Source: Vicinamibacterales bacterium (GTDB taxonomy: Bacteria > Acidobacteriota > Vicinamibacteria > Vicinamibacterales > UBA2999). From it: DNA of 64,000 nucleotides. This document shows, piece by piece, positions 1 to 8,168 of this stretch. The translations under genes were made by a program, and so were the position numbers. Location: NCBI GenBank assembly GCA_036742665.1, contig DAINQP010000003.1, positions 3,301 through 67,300 of the forward strand, written 5' to 3'. Numbering within the stretch: the first letter of the stretch is position 1; each line of letters begins with the position of its first letter. The notes below the pieces were generated by a model, which had not been told where the DNA came from, ran no database searches, and saw only the letters and a list, made by a program, of their open reading frames with translations.

Positions 1-2685
1 CGTTCGACGCTCCTCGAGCGGGGCGTCGTCGACGAAGGCGTACGGCCGTGCATTCAGAATGTCGTAGCAAAACGACGATGGCTCTGGCGTGTCACGTGAG
101 ATGCAGGTGAGTTCGCCCGCATGGATTCGCTCGAGCACACGCTGGAGCTGCGGCAGATCCATCGCCTCTTCGAGGCAGTCCCGCACGGTCTGGCTGACGA
201 GCGGATGATCGGGAATCTCCCGGTCGCCGGGAATGTTCTCGAGGCAGGCCGCGGCGTCTGGAAACACGCCGGCCATGAGATCGTCGGCCTGCATGCGCTG
301 CAGTTGTGGCGGCACCTTGCGTCCGCCGCGGTTGCGCGGCACCGCCAGGGCAATCGTCGTATTCCATCGCCAGCGGGTTTGAAAGACCGGCGCATCGAGA
401 AACGCCTGCACGAGAATGTCGCGCACCGTCGCCGGGTGCAGATACCGAAACACATCGGCGAGGGGAAATGAGTGTTGTGGGCCGAGTGACAGCAGCACGG
501 CGTCTTCGGTGGCGGCAGCCTGCAGCTCGAAGTTGAACTGGCGGCAGAATCGCTTCCGCAACGCCAGCGCCCACGCGCGATTCACACGGCTGCCGAACGG
601 CGCATGCAGTACGAGTTGCATGCCACCGGCTTCGTCGAAGAAGCGTTCGACGACGAGCGTCGATTGCGTGGGCATGACGCCCAGGACTCGGCGGCCTTCA
701 GCCAGGTAATCGATCGCCTGTTGCGCGGCCTCCCTGCTGACGCCGGTTTCGTCGATCAGCCAGTCAACAATTGTAGGGCTCGTCCTTTCGGACGTAGGGC
801 CCGTCCCTTCCGCCTTCGCCGGCGCTTCGGCGGACCGCCGTAGCTCGCCTTCGGCGAGCGGAGGCTGGTCGGACGGGTCATCGATCGAAAGTCGCGTTTC
901 CACGCCCGCGCGCAAATCGGAGACCGCGAGGGACAATTCATCGCTGCGCGCCGGCGCCTCTCCGAGCCAGAACGGGATCGTCGGCGGCGCTCCCTGCGCA
1001 TCCCGCACACGCACGGTACCGGAGAGCACCTGCGTGATCTGCCACGAGGCGTTGCCCAACTGGAAGATGTCACCGGCGAGACTTTCAATGGCGAAGTCTT
1101 CGTTCACCGTGCCGATAAACGTGTCCTCTGGCTCCAGGACCACGCGGTAGTCGGCGACTTCAGGAATGGCGCCGCCCGAGACCAGCGACAGCAGACGCGA
1201 TCCACGCCTGCCGCGCAGCATGTGGTTGACCTCATCTCTGTGCACCAGCGCTGATCGTCGGCCTCGCGGTGTCGCGAATCCATCCGACACCATCGCGACA
1301 ACGGCGTCGAAATCGGTCCGCGACAGGGCGCGATACGGCCAGGCTTTCTGCGTCAGCGCGAACAGATCATCCTCGCTGCATCCCGTACACGACGTCTCGG
1401 CGGTGATCTGCTGCGCCAGCACATCAAGCGGCGCATCGTGGGAGACAATCGCGTCGAGCTCGCCGCGGCGGGACGCGCGAAGCAGCGCCGCGCATTCGAC
1501 CAGATCATCCAGCGACTCCGGAAACAGCCGCCCTTTGGGTACGCCGGCGATCGAGTGACCCGAACGTCCCACACGCTGCAGCAGTGTCGCAATCCGGTGC
1601 GGCGAACCAATCTGACAGACGAGATCGACGTGTCCGATGTCGATCCCGAGCTCGAGCGATGCCGTCGCGACCAGCGCCTTCAGCGAGCCACCTTTCAACC
1701 GGTGCTCCGCATCGAGACGCCGTTCCTTCGACAGGCTGCCGTGGTGGGCGGTTACCGACTCGTCACCCAGCCGGTCGGCCAGATGTCGCGCCACGCGTTC
1801 CGCGAGGCGTCGGGTGTTCACGAACACGAGCGTCGTCTTGTGTTCGCCGATCAGCACGGCGAGGCGATCGTAGTACTCCTGCCAGACCTCGTGGGCCATC
1901 ACCGCGGTCAGCGGCGAGGGCGGCACCTCGATCGCGAGGTCCATCGCGCGCCGGTGCCCTTCGTCGATAACGAAGCACTCGCCGCGCGCATCGTCGTTGC
2001 CGACCAGGAATCGCGCCACCTCTTCGATCGGTTTCTGCGTGGCCGAGAGACCGATGCGTTGCAGGCCCGTCCCCGCACCTTGCGCTACGGTGGACGAGCC
2101 CGCCGATTCGGCGCAGACGGCCTCCAGCCGTTCGAGCGTCAGCGCCAAATGCGAGCCGCGACGTGTGCCGATGACCGCGTGGATCTCATCGACGATTACC
2201 GTGCGAACGCTGCGCAGCATTTGTCGGCTGCGTTCGGCGGTCAATAACAAGTACAGGGACTCGGGCGTCGTCACGAGGATGTGCGGCGGTGTCTTCAGCA
2301 TCGCTGCTCGCTCGGACGAGGTCGTGTCGCCGGTTCGCACGGCCGCGGTGAGGCGCGGCACCTCGATGCCGGCCTCCTCGCCGAGCCGGCGAATACCGCG
2401 GCGCGGCTCGGCCAGGTTCTTGTGGATGTCGGCGCTCAAGGCCTTGAGTGGCGAAACGTAGACCACGCGCACTTCGTCGGGAAGCGGCGACGCGCATCCG
2501 TCGCGGACCAGCTCGTCGATCGCGGTCAGAAACGCAGCGAGCGTCTTGCCGGATCCGGTTGGTGCGGCAATGAGTGTGTGGCGGCCAGATCGAATCGCGT
2601 CCCATCCGCGGCGCTGCGCCGAGGTGGGTTCACCAATCGATTGGAGGAACCATCGTGAGACGAGCGGGTGGAAACCGGACAGCAT
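1..2685 (-). CDS. lhr: Lhr-family ATP-dependent DEAD/DEAH-box helicase, first 895 codons; 3' end lies beyond the left window edge
   Basis: It is absent from the ORF track because its stop lies outside the window. Hand translation of the minus strand from ATG 2685 gives [48 protein letters not shown] (Lhr N-terminus plus Walker A). Near the left edge it gives [43 protein letters not shown]...RWRWN...[20 protein letters not shown] (Lhr DEAD-associated region). No other minus-strand track ORF in 1-2685 uses this frame. Confidence 0.85.
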   Translation of the reverse strand, partial: MLSGFHPLVSRWFLQSIGEPTSAQRRGWDAIRSGRHTLIAAPTGSGKTLAAFLTAIDELVRDGCASPLPDEVRVVYVSPLKALSADIHKNLAEPRRGIRRLGEEAGIEVPRLTAAVRTGDTTSSERAAMLKTPPHILVTTPESLYLLLTAERSRQMLRSVRTVIVDEIHAVIGTRRGSHLALTLERLEAVCAESAGSSTVAQGAGTGLQRIGLSATQKPIEEVARFLVGNDDARGECFVIDEGHRRAMDLAIEVPPSPLTAVMAHEVWQEYYDRLAVLIGEHKTTLVFVNTRRLAERVARHLADRLGDESVTAHHGSLSKERRLDAEHRLKGGSLKALVATASLELGIDIGHVDLVCQIGSPHRIATLLQRVGRSGHSIAGVPKGRLFPESLDDLVECAALLRASRRGELDAIVSHDAPLDVLAQQITAETSCTGCSEDDLFALTQKAWPYRALSRTDFDAVVAMVSDGFATPRGRRSALVHRDEVNHMLRGRRGSRLLSLVSGGAIPEVADYRVVLEPEDTFIGTVNEDFAIESLAGDIFQLGNASWQITQVLSGTVRVRDAQGAPPTIPFWLGEAPARSDELSLAVSDLRAGVETRLSIDDPSDQPPLAEGELRRSAEAPAKAEGTGPTSERTSPTIVDWLIDETGVSREAAQQAIDYLAEGRRVLGVMPTQSTLVVERFFDEAGGMQLVLHAPFGSRVNRAWALALRKRFCRQFNFELQAAATEDAVLLSLGPQHSFPLADVFRYLHPATVRDILVQAFLDAPVFQTRWRWNTTIALAVPRNRGGRKVPPQLQRMQADDLMAGVFPDAAACLENIPGDREIPDHPLVSQTVRDCLEEAMDLPQLQRVLERIHAGELTCISRDTPEPSSFCYDILNARPYAFVDDAPLEERRT
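773..865. repeat. REP-like composite repeat (type C) lying in frame inside lhr
   Basis: It has two heads, GTAGGGCTCGTCCTTTC (773) and GTAGGGCCCGTCCCTTC (794). These are followed by the core CCGCCTTCGCCGGCGCTTCGGCGGACC (810-836) and a 7-bp hairpin GCTCGCC-TTC-GGCGAGC (843-859). Segment 794-836 matches 18378-18420 at 37 of 43 positions by hand alignment. I checked every lhr-frame triplet across 772-861 and found no stop. Confidence 0.6.
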
Positions 2686-2733
2686 GATGCACGGAACCGG
2701 GGGAGTGTCCCTGCATCATATCCGACGGAGAGC

Positions 2734-2777
2734 TTGACGCCGCAATGGATACATACTAAATATTTAGTACTAAATAT
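2734..2777 (+). promoter_or_regulatory. Candidate sigma70-type promoter (TTGACG-17 nt-TAAATA) overlapped by a perfect 16-bp AT-rich palindrome and a direct repeat
   Basis: TTGACG lies at 2734-2739 and TAAATA at 2757-2762, with a 17-nt spacer. The palindrome TACTAAATATTTAGTA lies at 2754-2769. TACTAAATAT is repeated at 2754-2763 and 2768-2777, and the second copy overlaps ATG 2776. This is an AT-rich island in the 90-bp lhr / TIGR03435 divergent spacer. Confidence 0.4.
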
Positions 2778-3512
2778 GGCCCGCCTCATCTCCATCGCCC
2801 ACCTCACGATGTGCCTGTCGCTCGTCGCGCTCGCACAGCAACCCGTCAAACCCATGGCGTTCGAGGTCGCGGCCCGGCGGACGGGTCTTCGCCCAGAACG
2901 TCCCACTGCGTGACCTGATTCGTGCCGCGTGTGCGCTCGAGGACTCGCAGCTCGAAGGCATCTCGTCGGCGATGCGATCGACGCGATTCGACCTCGAGGC
3001 ACGAATCGGCGGCGACGCCACGGTCGACATGGCCCGTGCGATGACTCGAACCCTGTTGGCCGAGCGATTCCGCCTGGCCGTACATCCAGAAGCCAGGCCG
3101 TTGGCCGTCTATGAGCTGGTGACGGCGCCCTCCTCCACCTCGCGGCGCCGGCATGCCGCTTGCGCCCGGTGCCTTTCCATGTCCGAGCGGTCTACTCCCG
3201 GGTCACCTCTCCCTGAGAGGCGTCGACATGACTGCATTCGCCTCCCTGCTCTGGCGGCGGCTCCTCCAACGCCCGGTGTTCAATCGCACCGGTTTCTCTG
3301 GACCATTCGATATCGACCTCACCTATCTGCCCGAGCTGGAGAACATCAATGGGCGGCCGGCCAGTGAGAATCCGTTGCTGCCCGCGCAGATTCTCGGAGC
3401 GCCGTCGATCTTTACCGCACTTCAGGAACAGCTCGGGTTGAAGCTCGAGTCGGCGCGTGGACCGGTGGACATCCTCGTCGTCGATCGGGCAGAGCCGCTC
3501 ATCGAAAACTGA
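2776..3512 (+). pseudogene. TIGR03435-type (Acidobacteria soil-associated) exported protein, disrupted by at least two frameshifts
   Basis: One protein is spread over three frames. Frame 1 (ATG 2776) reads MARLISIAHLTMCLSLVALAQQPVKPMAFEVA. Frame 2 reads RPGGRVFAQNVPLRDLIRAACALEDSQLEGISSAMRSTRFDLEARIGGDATVDMARAMTRTLLAERFRLAVHPEARPLAVYELVTA. Frame 3 reads GHLSLRGVDMTAFASLLWRRLLQRPVFNRTGFSGPFDIDLTYLPE...PSIFTALQEQLGLKLESARGPVDILVVDRAEPLIEN, with the stop at 3512. The shifts lie near 2870-2885 and 3125-3150. Confidence 0.6.
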
Positions 3513-3527
3513 GCGCACAATAGCGCG

Positions 3528-4223
3528 ATGCTACTGTTGTTCGCGGCCATCGGCGTGTTCGTCACAGCGCATGTCGCGCCCTTCCCTTTCCTGTTCGACA
3601 CCACCGACGACACGGTGTGGCGCATGCCACGGGCGGAAGTGCCGACGATATACCTCACGTTTGACGACGGCCCGAATCCGACGGCGACGCCGGAACTGCT
3701 CGACGTTCTCGCCCGGCATCGGGTTCGCGCGACGTTCTTCGTCATCGACAAGCACATCACGCGCGAGACACTGCCGATCGTGCGCCGTACCTTCGAAGAC
3801 GGCCACGCCGTGGGTATTCATTGGCACTCGCGCGAGCTGATGTTCAAGAGCCCGACATACGTGGCCACAACTATTCAGGAAGCCGCCGCGAAGCTGGAGC
3901 TGGGGACCGGCCATCGGGCGTGCCGCATCTTCCGTCCCCACGCTGGCCATCGCAGCATCCCGATGATCGTGGGCGCGTCGCGCGCCGGATTCCTGGTGGT
4001 CGGCTGGAGCTGGATGGCGTTCGATTTCAACTGGTTCAAACCGCGCAACGCCGACGACCTGGTGCCGCGGCTCACGCGCATCGCGTCCCCCGGCGACATC
4101 ATCGTGATTCACGATGGCCACCACAAGAATCCGCACGCCGATCGACGCTACGCGATCGAGACCGTCGATCGCTTGATCCCCGAGCTGCGAGCGCGAGGGT
4201 TCGAGTTCGGGACGATTTGCTAG
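3528..4223 (+). CDS. Polysaccharide deacetylase (NodB homology / CE4 family)
   Basis: 231-aa ORF with an N-terminal hydrophobic segment, the NodB motif IYLTFDDGPNP, and then ARHRVRATFFVI and HAVGIHWHS. Confidence 0.85.
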   Translation: MLLLFAAIGVFVTAHVAPFPFLFDTTDDTVWRMPRAEVPTIYLTFDDGPNPTATPELLDVLARHRVRATFFVIDKHITRETLPIVRRTFEDGHAVGIHWHSRELMFKSPTYVATTIQEAAAKLELGTGHRACRIFRPHAGHRSIPMIVGASRAGFLVVGWSWMAFDFNWFKPRNADDLVPRLTRIASPGDIIVIHDGHHKNPHADRRYAIETVDRLIPELRARGFEFGTIC

Positions 4224-7200
4224 AAGCCGACTCGGAATCCGAAATCAGTCTGCCATTCGGGTCGGGGACCGTCGAGAGAACGAATCGCCGCGATCTCGAA
4301 CGGAAGACCGCCGGCATTCAACCGGATGCCGCCACCGATGCTGGTGATGCCCGTGAACCCTTTGCCGTGAGCAGCGACACCCACGCCAGCGGGCTGTGTC
4401 CCCGACCACACCAACCCGCTATCAGCAAACAGGAAGCCATCGGCTGGAAGCCATCCGTATTCGAGCTGTCGCGACAACATCCCCCACAGCGGGAACCTGA
4501 TCTCCACGTTGCTGACCAGCAGGCGGCTGCCGAGCAATTCCTCACCGCAGACACGCGCCAGGTCAGGCGGGCAATCGCGCAGATCCAATCGATGCCCGCG
4601 CACCAACGAGGCCGACCCGAGGAAGCTGGACATCAGCCGTGTGTCGTCGCCATCGGGACCGTATCGTGCCGAATGCAGCACACGCACGGCGAGCGAGTAC
4701 GGCTTCACCGGCATCATGTAGCGGCGGTAGTCGGTGAGCACGCGCAGGTATGACAGATCACCGACAGCCGGCGTGATCTCGAGGCGATAGCGGGACCCCA
4801 CCAGCGGCCCGGTCAATCCGAATACCGTCGTGTCGTGCACCAGCGCGGCGCTCACTTCCGCAACGGTCGTCGGATCGCCCCCTGACGAGGTGATGCGATC
4901 CGTTGACAGCACCTTGCCCGTCGTCGCGGACGCGATCTGCGAGCGCAACTCTCGGTGATACATCGCGTGGCGCACTCCGGCGGTCAATTCAAGCCGAAGA
5001 CCGCGATTGAACGGATACGCCACCAAACCCGCCATGCGCATCTGCATGCGCTGCAGGTAGTCCGTTTGCTTGAGCAGCGCCGGTTGGCCGTCGTACTCGA
5101 CGTCGCCGAAGCGCCGATACCGGCGGAGTCCGGGCGCGAGCTCACCGATCGCACCCCAGTTCCAGCGCCGTTCCTGATTGAGAAATCTGAATTCGAACGC
5201 GGAATCACGCAGATGGTTGCCGATCTGCACCGCTGCGCCAAGCCGGCGTTCGCCGAGCATGTCGCCGAACATCAGCGCACCGCCGGCCCGCACAAAGGTG
5301 CCGAACGGTCCGCCGCCCGAGCTCATATACGGCTGCCCAATCGTCTCGAGCGACATCCGCGATGAATACTCGCGCTTGCCGAGCGTCGTGAGATCCGGCA
5401 GACCCGTCTGCTGATCGGCTCTGATGCGATCGACCAGACCGCGCGAGGGCACAACTTCCTCTGTCGGCTTCGCGGGCGTGGCTTGTGCTGGCATGGTGAC
5501 CGTGCGTGGCGTTGCGGTTGATGCGTCGAAGACGACGAGCTGCGGCCGGCCGCGCTCGTACACCGTGTACGCCACGACGGGAGCAGAAGCGGCTACAGAG
5601 AGCGCCGGACTCGACGGCGTCACACCGCTGACACCGGTATGCACGCTGGTCAGTCGTTCGATGGACGGTGTGCTCTGCCCCGTGGCGACGGCCACGCGAT
5701 ACACATTGGCGATGCCGTCGCCGTCGCCGATGAAATAGATCTCATCGTCAGCGAGCGACCACTGCGGGTTCAGTTGTGCACGGATGTCTCCGACATCCAC
5801 ACGACGAATCGTGTCGGTGTCGAGATCGAACACGGCCAGCTGCGGCCGCCCGAATGTCAGCGACTCGACATTGCTCCCATACCGTTCGCTGACGAACGCA
5901 ATCGTGTGTCCGTCGTGCGACCAGGAGGGTTGCAGGTCAGCAGGTGAATCGTCGGTGAGTTGGCGAAGGGTGTTCGTCGACAGATCGAACACATAAAGAT
6001 CGGTGAAGCCGCCGGATAACGCCGAGAAGGCGATCGACTTCCCGTCCGGAGACCACGTCGGCGTGAGGATCTGCCCGAGCTCGTCGAAGACCAGCTCGCG
6101 ATTCTCTCGACCTTCCCGCATCGCCACCAGTATCAGCGTGGCGTGCCCCTGACGGACGGCGGGGAACGCGAACCAATCCCCCTCAGGGCTCCACGCGCCT
6201 GTAGAACGCAGTGCCTGCAAACTATCGAATCGCGCACTCGCGGCGGTCGTCGCGAGCTTGCGAATCACGCGACCGCCGTTGACATCGACGAGGAACAGAT
6301 CGAGCGACAGTCGATCGCGCTCGGAGAAGAATACCGCGCGCTTGCCATCTGGACTCAGCGACGGTCCGAGCTGCATGCCATTGCGGCTCCATAACTCCGG
6401 GCGATCCGTGCCACGCGGGACGCCATAGACGCGAAACACACTGCGCCGCCACTCGACGTGCAATGTCTCCAGATCCACGCCGGTCGCGTAGTGGATGCGA
6501 TCCTGCAGACGCCGATTCTTCTTGTCCGGCTTCAATGCTTTCTCGACGACCGCGTCGCCGAACCGGTTCCCGAGATACGACCAGAATGCATGGCCGTATT
6601 GATACGGCGAGAGCTTTCGAGCCGCCTCGCCTTGCTTTCGAGGCAGTCGGTCGGTGCGCACGGCATCGCGCAGCCACAGCTCGGATTCGGCGTCGGCCGA
6701 CCCGCGGGCGAGATACTCGGCCATGCCCTCCACGAACCATAACGGCTGAGCGGTGCCGCCGCCATACCGGCGCGCGATGTCGAATTGGAAGGCGTGCACC
6801 AACTCGTGACCGAGCACGCGATCGGTTTCGGCCATCGTCGGCGCAAAGGGCATGACGATGCGACGCCGCAGCGATTCGGTGACGCCGCCTACTGAATCAG
6901 GCACCAACCCGGACACGACGTTCGTCTGCGCGAACTCGGCCTGACTGCCGTAAATCACCAGCGGCTGGCGACGTTCGAGCTGGTGGTTCAGAACGGTGGA
7001 GATACGTGCGTACCACCGCTCGGCGAGTTGCGCTGCGATCCGGGCCGCCCGCTCCTCTCGCTCGTAGTAATAGAGGTCGAAGTGCTCGGTGGTCAGGATC
7101 CGAAAGTCGAAGTTGCTGTATTCGACTTTATTGCGACCGAAGTACTGCGCGTACGCCGGCGAGACGATCGCCGGAAGCACCAGCACCGTGCACACGAGGG

Positions 7201-7243
7201 ACAAACGAAGCACACTGACACCGCGAACATGGTGCTTGCGCAT
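4220..7243 (-). CDS. Outer-membrane protein fusing a peptidase-MA-like HExxH domain, PD40/TolB-like beta-propeller repeats and a C-terminal Omp85 (bacterial surface antigen) beta-barrel
   Basis: 1007-aa ORF with a signal peptide (LVLPAIVSPAYAQ). It carries HELVHAFQ followed by WFVEGMAEYL (MA-clan pattern). Repeated SPDG/WSPDG/WSHDG propeller motifs follow. The Gly/aromatic-rich C-terminus ends in DFGFRVGF. Confidence 0.85.
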   Translation of the reverse strand: MRKHHVRGVSVLRLSLVCTVLVLPAIVSPAYAQYFGRNKVEYSNFDFRILTTEHFDLYYYEREERAARIAAQLAERWYARISTVLNHQLERRQPLVIYGSQAEFAQTNVVSGLVPDSVGGVTESLRRRIVMPFAPTMAETDRVLGHELVHAFQFDIARRYGGGTAQPLWFVEGMAEYLARGSADAESELWLRDAVRTDRLPRKQGEAARKLSPYQYGHAFWSYLGNRFGDAVVEKALKPDKKNRRLQDRIHYATGVDLETLHVEWRRSVFRVYGVPRGTDRPELWSRNGMQLGPSLSPDGKRAVFFSERDRLSLDLFLVDVNGGRVIRKLATTAASARFDSLQALRSTGAWSPEGDWFAFPAVRQGHATLILVAMREGRENRELVFDELGQILTPTWSPDGKSIAFSALSGGFTDLYVFDLSTNTLRQLTDDSPADLQPSWSHDGHTIAFVSERYGSNVESLTFGRPQLAVFDLDTDTIRRVDVGDIRAQLNPQWSLADDEIYFIGDGDGIANVYRVAVATGQSTPSIERLTSVHTGVSGVTPSSPALSVAASAPVVAYTVYERGRPQLVVFDASTATPRTVTMPAQATPAKPTEEVVPSRGLVDRIRADQQTGLPDLTTLGKREYSSRMSLETIGQPYMSSGGGPFGTFVRAGGALMFGDMLGERRLGAAVQIGNHLRDSAFEFRFLNQERRWNWGAIGELAPGLRRYRRFGDVEYDGQPALLKQTDYLQRMQMRMAGLVAYPFNRGLRLELTAGVRHAMYHRELRSQIASATTGKVLSTDRITSSGGDPTTVAEVSAALVHDTTVFGLTGPLVGSRYRLEITPAVGDLSYLRVLTDYRRYMMPVKPYSLAVRVLHSARYGPDGDDTRLMSSFLGSASLVRGHRLDLRDCPPDLARVCGEELLGSRLLVSNVEIRFPLWGMLSRQLEYGWLPADGFLFADSGLVWSGTQPAGVGVAAHGKGFTGITSIGGGIRLNAGGLPFEIAAIRSLDGPRPEWQTDFGFRVGF

Positions 7244-7375
7244 GGGGTACGGACCGACAAGAACGAGTTGTAGCGAGACGAAACGGCGGGAGACCGTCCG
7301 CTAGGAACGGTTTCTAACTTAGATGGAACAGCGAGTCAAGCAGAAGTGAAGGCAGGCGGCGCGCGGTGAAGACGC

Positions 7376-7407
7376 GTGAGGTGCGGAACTCTCGCTCCGC
7401 ACCTCAC
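7376..7407 (-). terminator. Stem-loop 13 nt downstream of the 7420-8028 gene (12-bp perfect stem, 8-nt loop)
   Basis: GTGAGGTGCGGA (7376-7387) pairs with TCCGCACCTCAC (7396-7407). No U-tract follows, so its termination efficiency is uncertain. Confidence 0.5.
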
Positions 7408-7419
7408 AGTCGGTGGCGA

Positions 7420-8028
7420 CTACCACCGGAAACTGACGCCTACTGAGCCGCGCCAGAAATCGAAATCGCTGAGACCGATGTCTACCGCGTTGTCCGAGTC
7501 ATTTTCGAACGATCGGAAGTAGCGGAGGTCGCCGCGAATGCCCACGTTGTCGGTGAACTGACCGTTGACGCCGCCACCGATGTTCATGCCGAGGTCGTTC
7601 CGCGTAACGTCGTCAAAGAAATCGGTTACTCCGCTCACTCGGCTGCGGATGAGGCCAAGACCGGCTGAACCGTAGGGACGGATGCCCCGTCCGGGAGGCG
7701 CACTGATGAGCACGTTCCCCATGAACGTCGTCAGGTTGCTGTCCCCGAACTCAAAGTTGGCAGGGCCGATGGTGTTTTCGAAGAAGTTCGGCGACCAACC
7801 AAAGTCGAACTCGAAACCAACGACGCTCGGATTCCAGCCAATGGTCGCGCCGAAGTCGACGCGTTTTTCAACGTTATCCTCAAAGTCGCCAGCCGCGTCA
7901 TTGAACGAGGCACTGCCACCGAAGTTGGCGCCCACGAATGGCGTAAAGAACCAGCCCTGCGCACGCGCGGTCGCAGGGACCAGCAACAGCGCCAGCGCGC
8001 TGATCATGAGTAGTTTGCGTACTTGCAT
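7420..8028 (-). CDS. Small outer-membrane beta-barrel protein (OmpA-like/OmpW-like porin family)
   Basis: 202-aa ORF with a signal peptide ending ATARAQG. It shows alternating Gly/aromatic beta-strand patterns and the C-terminus GSVGVSFRW. Confidence 0.8.
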   Translation of the reverse strand: MQVRKLLMISALALLLVPATARAQGWFFTPFVGANFGGSASFNDAAGDFEDNVEKRVDFGATIGWNPSVVGFEFDFGWSPNFFENTIGPANFEFGDSNLTTFMGNVLISAPPGRGIRPYGSAGLGLIRSRVSGVTDFFDDVTRNDLGMNIGGGVNGQFTDNVGIRGDLRYFRSFENDSDNAVDIGLSDFDFWRGSVGVSFRW

Positions 8029-8168
8029 CGTACCTCCTCCGTAAGCTCGAAAGACTCAAGACTCCGTAGGCGTTGTGGTGCAATCGCAATGCCCCACCCA
8101 CGAAATAGCGCGGCTGTTGTGTCGTCGTGAGCTCGGCTGTGTGGGATTGCGAAGACGAGCTGCGATGC

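Noticed and set aside
2754-2769. The palindrome TACTAAATATTTAGTA as a LexA/SOS box upstream of lhr.
   Set aside because: It lacks the CTGT-N8-ACAG core of the E. coli-type box, and it does not match the direct-repeat GTTC-type boxes reported for some other phyla. I kept it only as an unassigned operator candidate.
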